Below are positions 62,218 to 64,000 of a stretch of DNA of 64,000 nucleotides, in pieces. The position numbers were made by a program, and so were the translations under genes. Within the stretch, counting starts at the first letter, position 1; every line of letters starts with the position of its first letter. A model generated the notes under the pieces. The model saw nothing but the letters and a program-made list of their open reading frames with translations. It searched no databases and had not been told where the DNA came from. The DNA is from an uncultured delta proteobacterium (GTDB taxonomy: Bacteria; Desulfobacterota; Binatia; UBA9968), in NCBI GenBank assembly GCA_963745835.1, contig CAVUZH010000016.1:256001-320000 (forward strand), given 5' to 3'.

Positions 62218-63957
62218 TTAGATCTGTTCCAACTCCTCGGTCAAGCGTTGCTGCTGGTGCAGTTCGGCATAAAGTCCGCCGCGCTCCACCAGTTGATGGT
62301 GGGTGCCGCGCTCGAGAATTCGACCGTCCTCGAAAACAAGGATTTCGTCGGCATCCTTAACCGCGGAAATCCGGTGGGAAATGATCAGACAGGTTTTCTC
62401 TTCCAGAATCGATCGTAACCCCTGCAAAATTTCCGCTTCGGTCTGCGCATCAACGCTCGACAAACAGTCATCGAGAATAAGCACCGGAGGATCGATCGCC
62501 AGCGCGCGCGCCAAAGTCGCCCGCTGCTTCTGACCACCGGAAAGGGTGACGCCGCGTTCCCCGACCACGGTATCGAGCCCCCGAGGAAAATTTTCCACGT
62601 CGCGGTCGAGCCGGGCGATGCGCACAGCGCGTTGCAAATCCTGATCGGAAACATCGTCTCGACCGAAGGCAAGATTGCGCCTGAGAGACGTGGAAAAGAG
62701 AAACGGCTCTTGAGGGACATAGCCCAATGCTTTGCGTAGATCGCGCAGCGACAACTTACGGACATCTTGACCGTCTATAAGAACCTCGCCCGATGACGCA
62801 TCGAACAGCCGCGGCACGAGCTGCGCCAGGGTGCTCTTTCCGGAACCGATCCGGCCCACCAGAGCGATGGTTTTTCCCTTAGGCAACGAGAAGCCGATGT
62901 TGTTCAGAATCGGGTGGCCATTAGCCTGCTGCTCGTAGGCAAAGGAAACCTCCCGGAACTCGATTCCATTCGTTAGTCCCGCAACCGGCAATGCGCCAGG
63001 CAAACTGGCAATGGCCGGTTGGGTGTTGAGAATTTCCTCGAGCCGCTTCATCGCGGCACGACCGCGCTCGACCAGCGAGAGCATCCATCCGAAGGCGGCA
63101 GTGGGCCATGCCAAAACGTTTAGATAAGCGATGAAGGCGACAATATCGGCCACCAGTAAATCGCCGCGCGCGACACGCACGCCGCCGTACCAGATCACGA
63201 TCACGACCGTCAACCCGTTGATGCCCTGCATGATTGGGGTAATAATGCCACGCATTCGCGCCATCTCTAAACTTTTGCTGCGAAACTCTTCGTTGAGCGC
63301 GACAAATTGCTGCGTCTGATATTTTTCCTGCGCATAGGCTTTGACCACATGCATTCCACTAAGATTCTCCTGCACATGGCTGCTGAGCGCGGACATCTGC
63401 TGCTGAACCTCGAGTGAAGATTTCATGATCCGGCCGCGAAATTTGGCCGCGGCGTAGATCAGCAGAGGGAACGGCGCCAACGCCGCCAACGTCATGCGCA
63501 CATCCATCGAGAGCATCAAGACAAGAGCATAAACATAATAGAGCGGCGCGTTGGCGAAATTGAGCACTCCCGGACCGAGCATCACGCGCACGGCGGAGAT
63601 ATCGTTGATCACTCGGGACATTAAATCGCCGGTGCGGCGCGCGTGATAGAACGACGAAGGCAATTTCTGCAGATGTGCGAATAGATCGTTGCGCAAGTCA
63701 TACTCGACATTGCGCCCGGCATTGAAGATCAATGCTCGGGAGCAAGTTCGTATGATCCCCTGCGCCAGCGCGGCGAAAGCGATTACAGCAGCATAGAATG
63801 TGACGTCGCTAAGCGCGCCGCCTTGCTCGAGAATGCGCACGGCCTCGCGGATCCACCAGGGGATCCACATCACCAAGGTTACCGTGCCCAACAAGCATAA
63901 CCCGCCCAAGAAATAACGGCGCCAGTAGCGCCAAAGGTAGGTCTTAAGCCGCCCCAT
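62218..63957 (-). CDS. ABC exporter ATP-binding/permease subunit (MdlA-like, degenerate site)
   Basis: TM domain, GRIGSGKST, LSGGQKQR, degenerate Walker B ILDDCLS. Confidence 0.92.
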   Translation of the reverse strand: MGRLKTYLWRYWRRYFLGGLCLLGTVTLVMWIPWWIREAVRILEQGGALSDVTFYAAVIAFAALAQGIIRTCSRALIFNAGRNVEYDLRNDLFAHLQKLPSSFYHARRTGDLMSRVINDISAVRVMLGPGVLNFANAPLYYVYALVLMLSMDVRMTLAALAPFPLLIYAAAKFRGRIMKSSLEVQQQMSALSSHVQENLSGMHVVKAYAQEKYQTQQFVALNEEFRSKSLEMARMRGIITPIMQGINGLTVVIVIWYGGVRVARGDLLVADIVAFIAYLNVLAWPTAAFGWMLSLVERGRAAMKRLEEILNTQPAIASLPGALPVAGLTNGIEFREVSFAYEQQANGHPILNNIGFSLPKGKTIALVGRIGSGKSTLAQLVPRLFDASSGEVLIDGQDVRKLSLRDLRKALGYVPQEPFLFSTSLRRNLAFGRDDVSDQDLQRAVRIARLDRDVENFPRGLDTVVGERGVTLSGGQKQRATLARALAIDPPVLILDDCLSSVDAQTEAEILQGLRSILEEKTCLIISHRISAVKDADEILVFEDGRILERGTHHQLVERGGLYAELHQQQRLTEELEQI

Positions 63958-64000
63958 TTAAATGATCAAAATAGTCCAGGGGATGAGCGTTATCAAGAAA

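Overview
Bacterial chromosomal segment of roughly 55-58% GC (estimated by eye). The many orphan Bug/TctC and NMT1/SsuA solute-binding proteins, the MmgE/PrpD, LLM-F420 and Mo-hydroxylase genes resemble soil Ca. Binatia/Deltaproteobacteria-like genomes (inference). Contents: a CheB/CheR-histidine kinase signalling cluster (1-6 kb), gnd, scattered catabolic and transport genes, a minus-strand catabolic run (33-42 kb), a 2008-aa poly-HAMP hybrid kinase cluster (42-51 kb), tRNA-Asn(GTT), and housekeeping-type genes (Mut7-C, transglutaminase-like + ABC, htpX, heterodimeric ABC exporter). The best candidate for an undescribed system is the operon at 12189-15720. It encodes a GlcG/HbpS protein, a TAT-less reductive-dehalogenase-like B12/2x[4Fe-4S] enzyme, a translationally coupled paralogue that keeps only the cobalamin-binding fold, a ferredoxin-GlcG/HbpS fusion and a small conserved protein. 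Four +1 frameshifts in otherwise intact genes look like sequencing indels. I saw no CRISPR array, integrase or transposase. All assignments come from motif recognition, not database searches.
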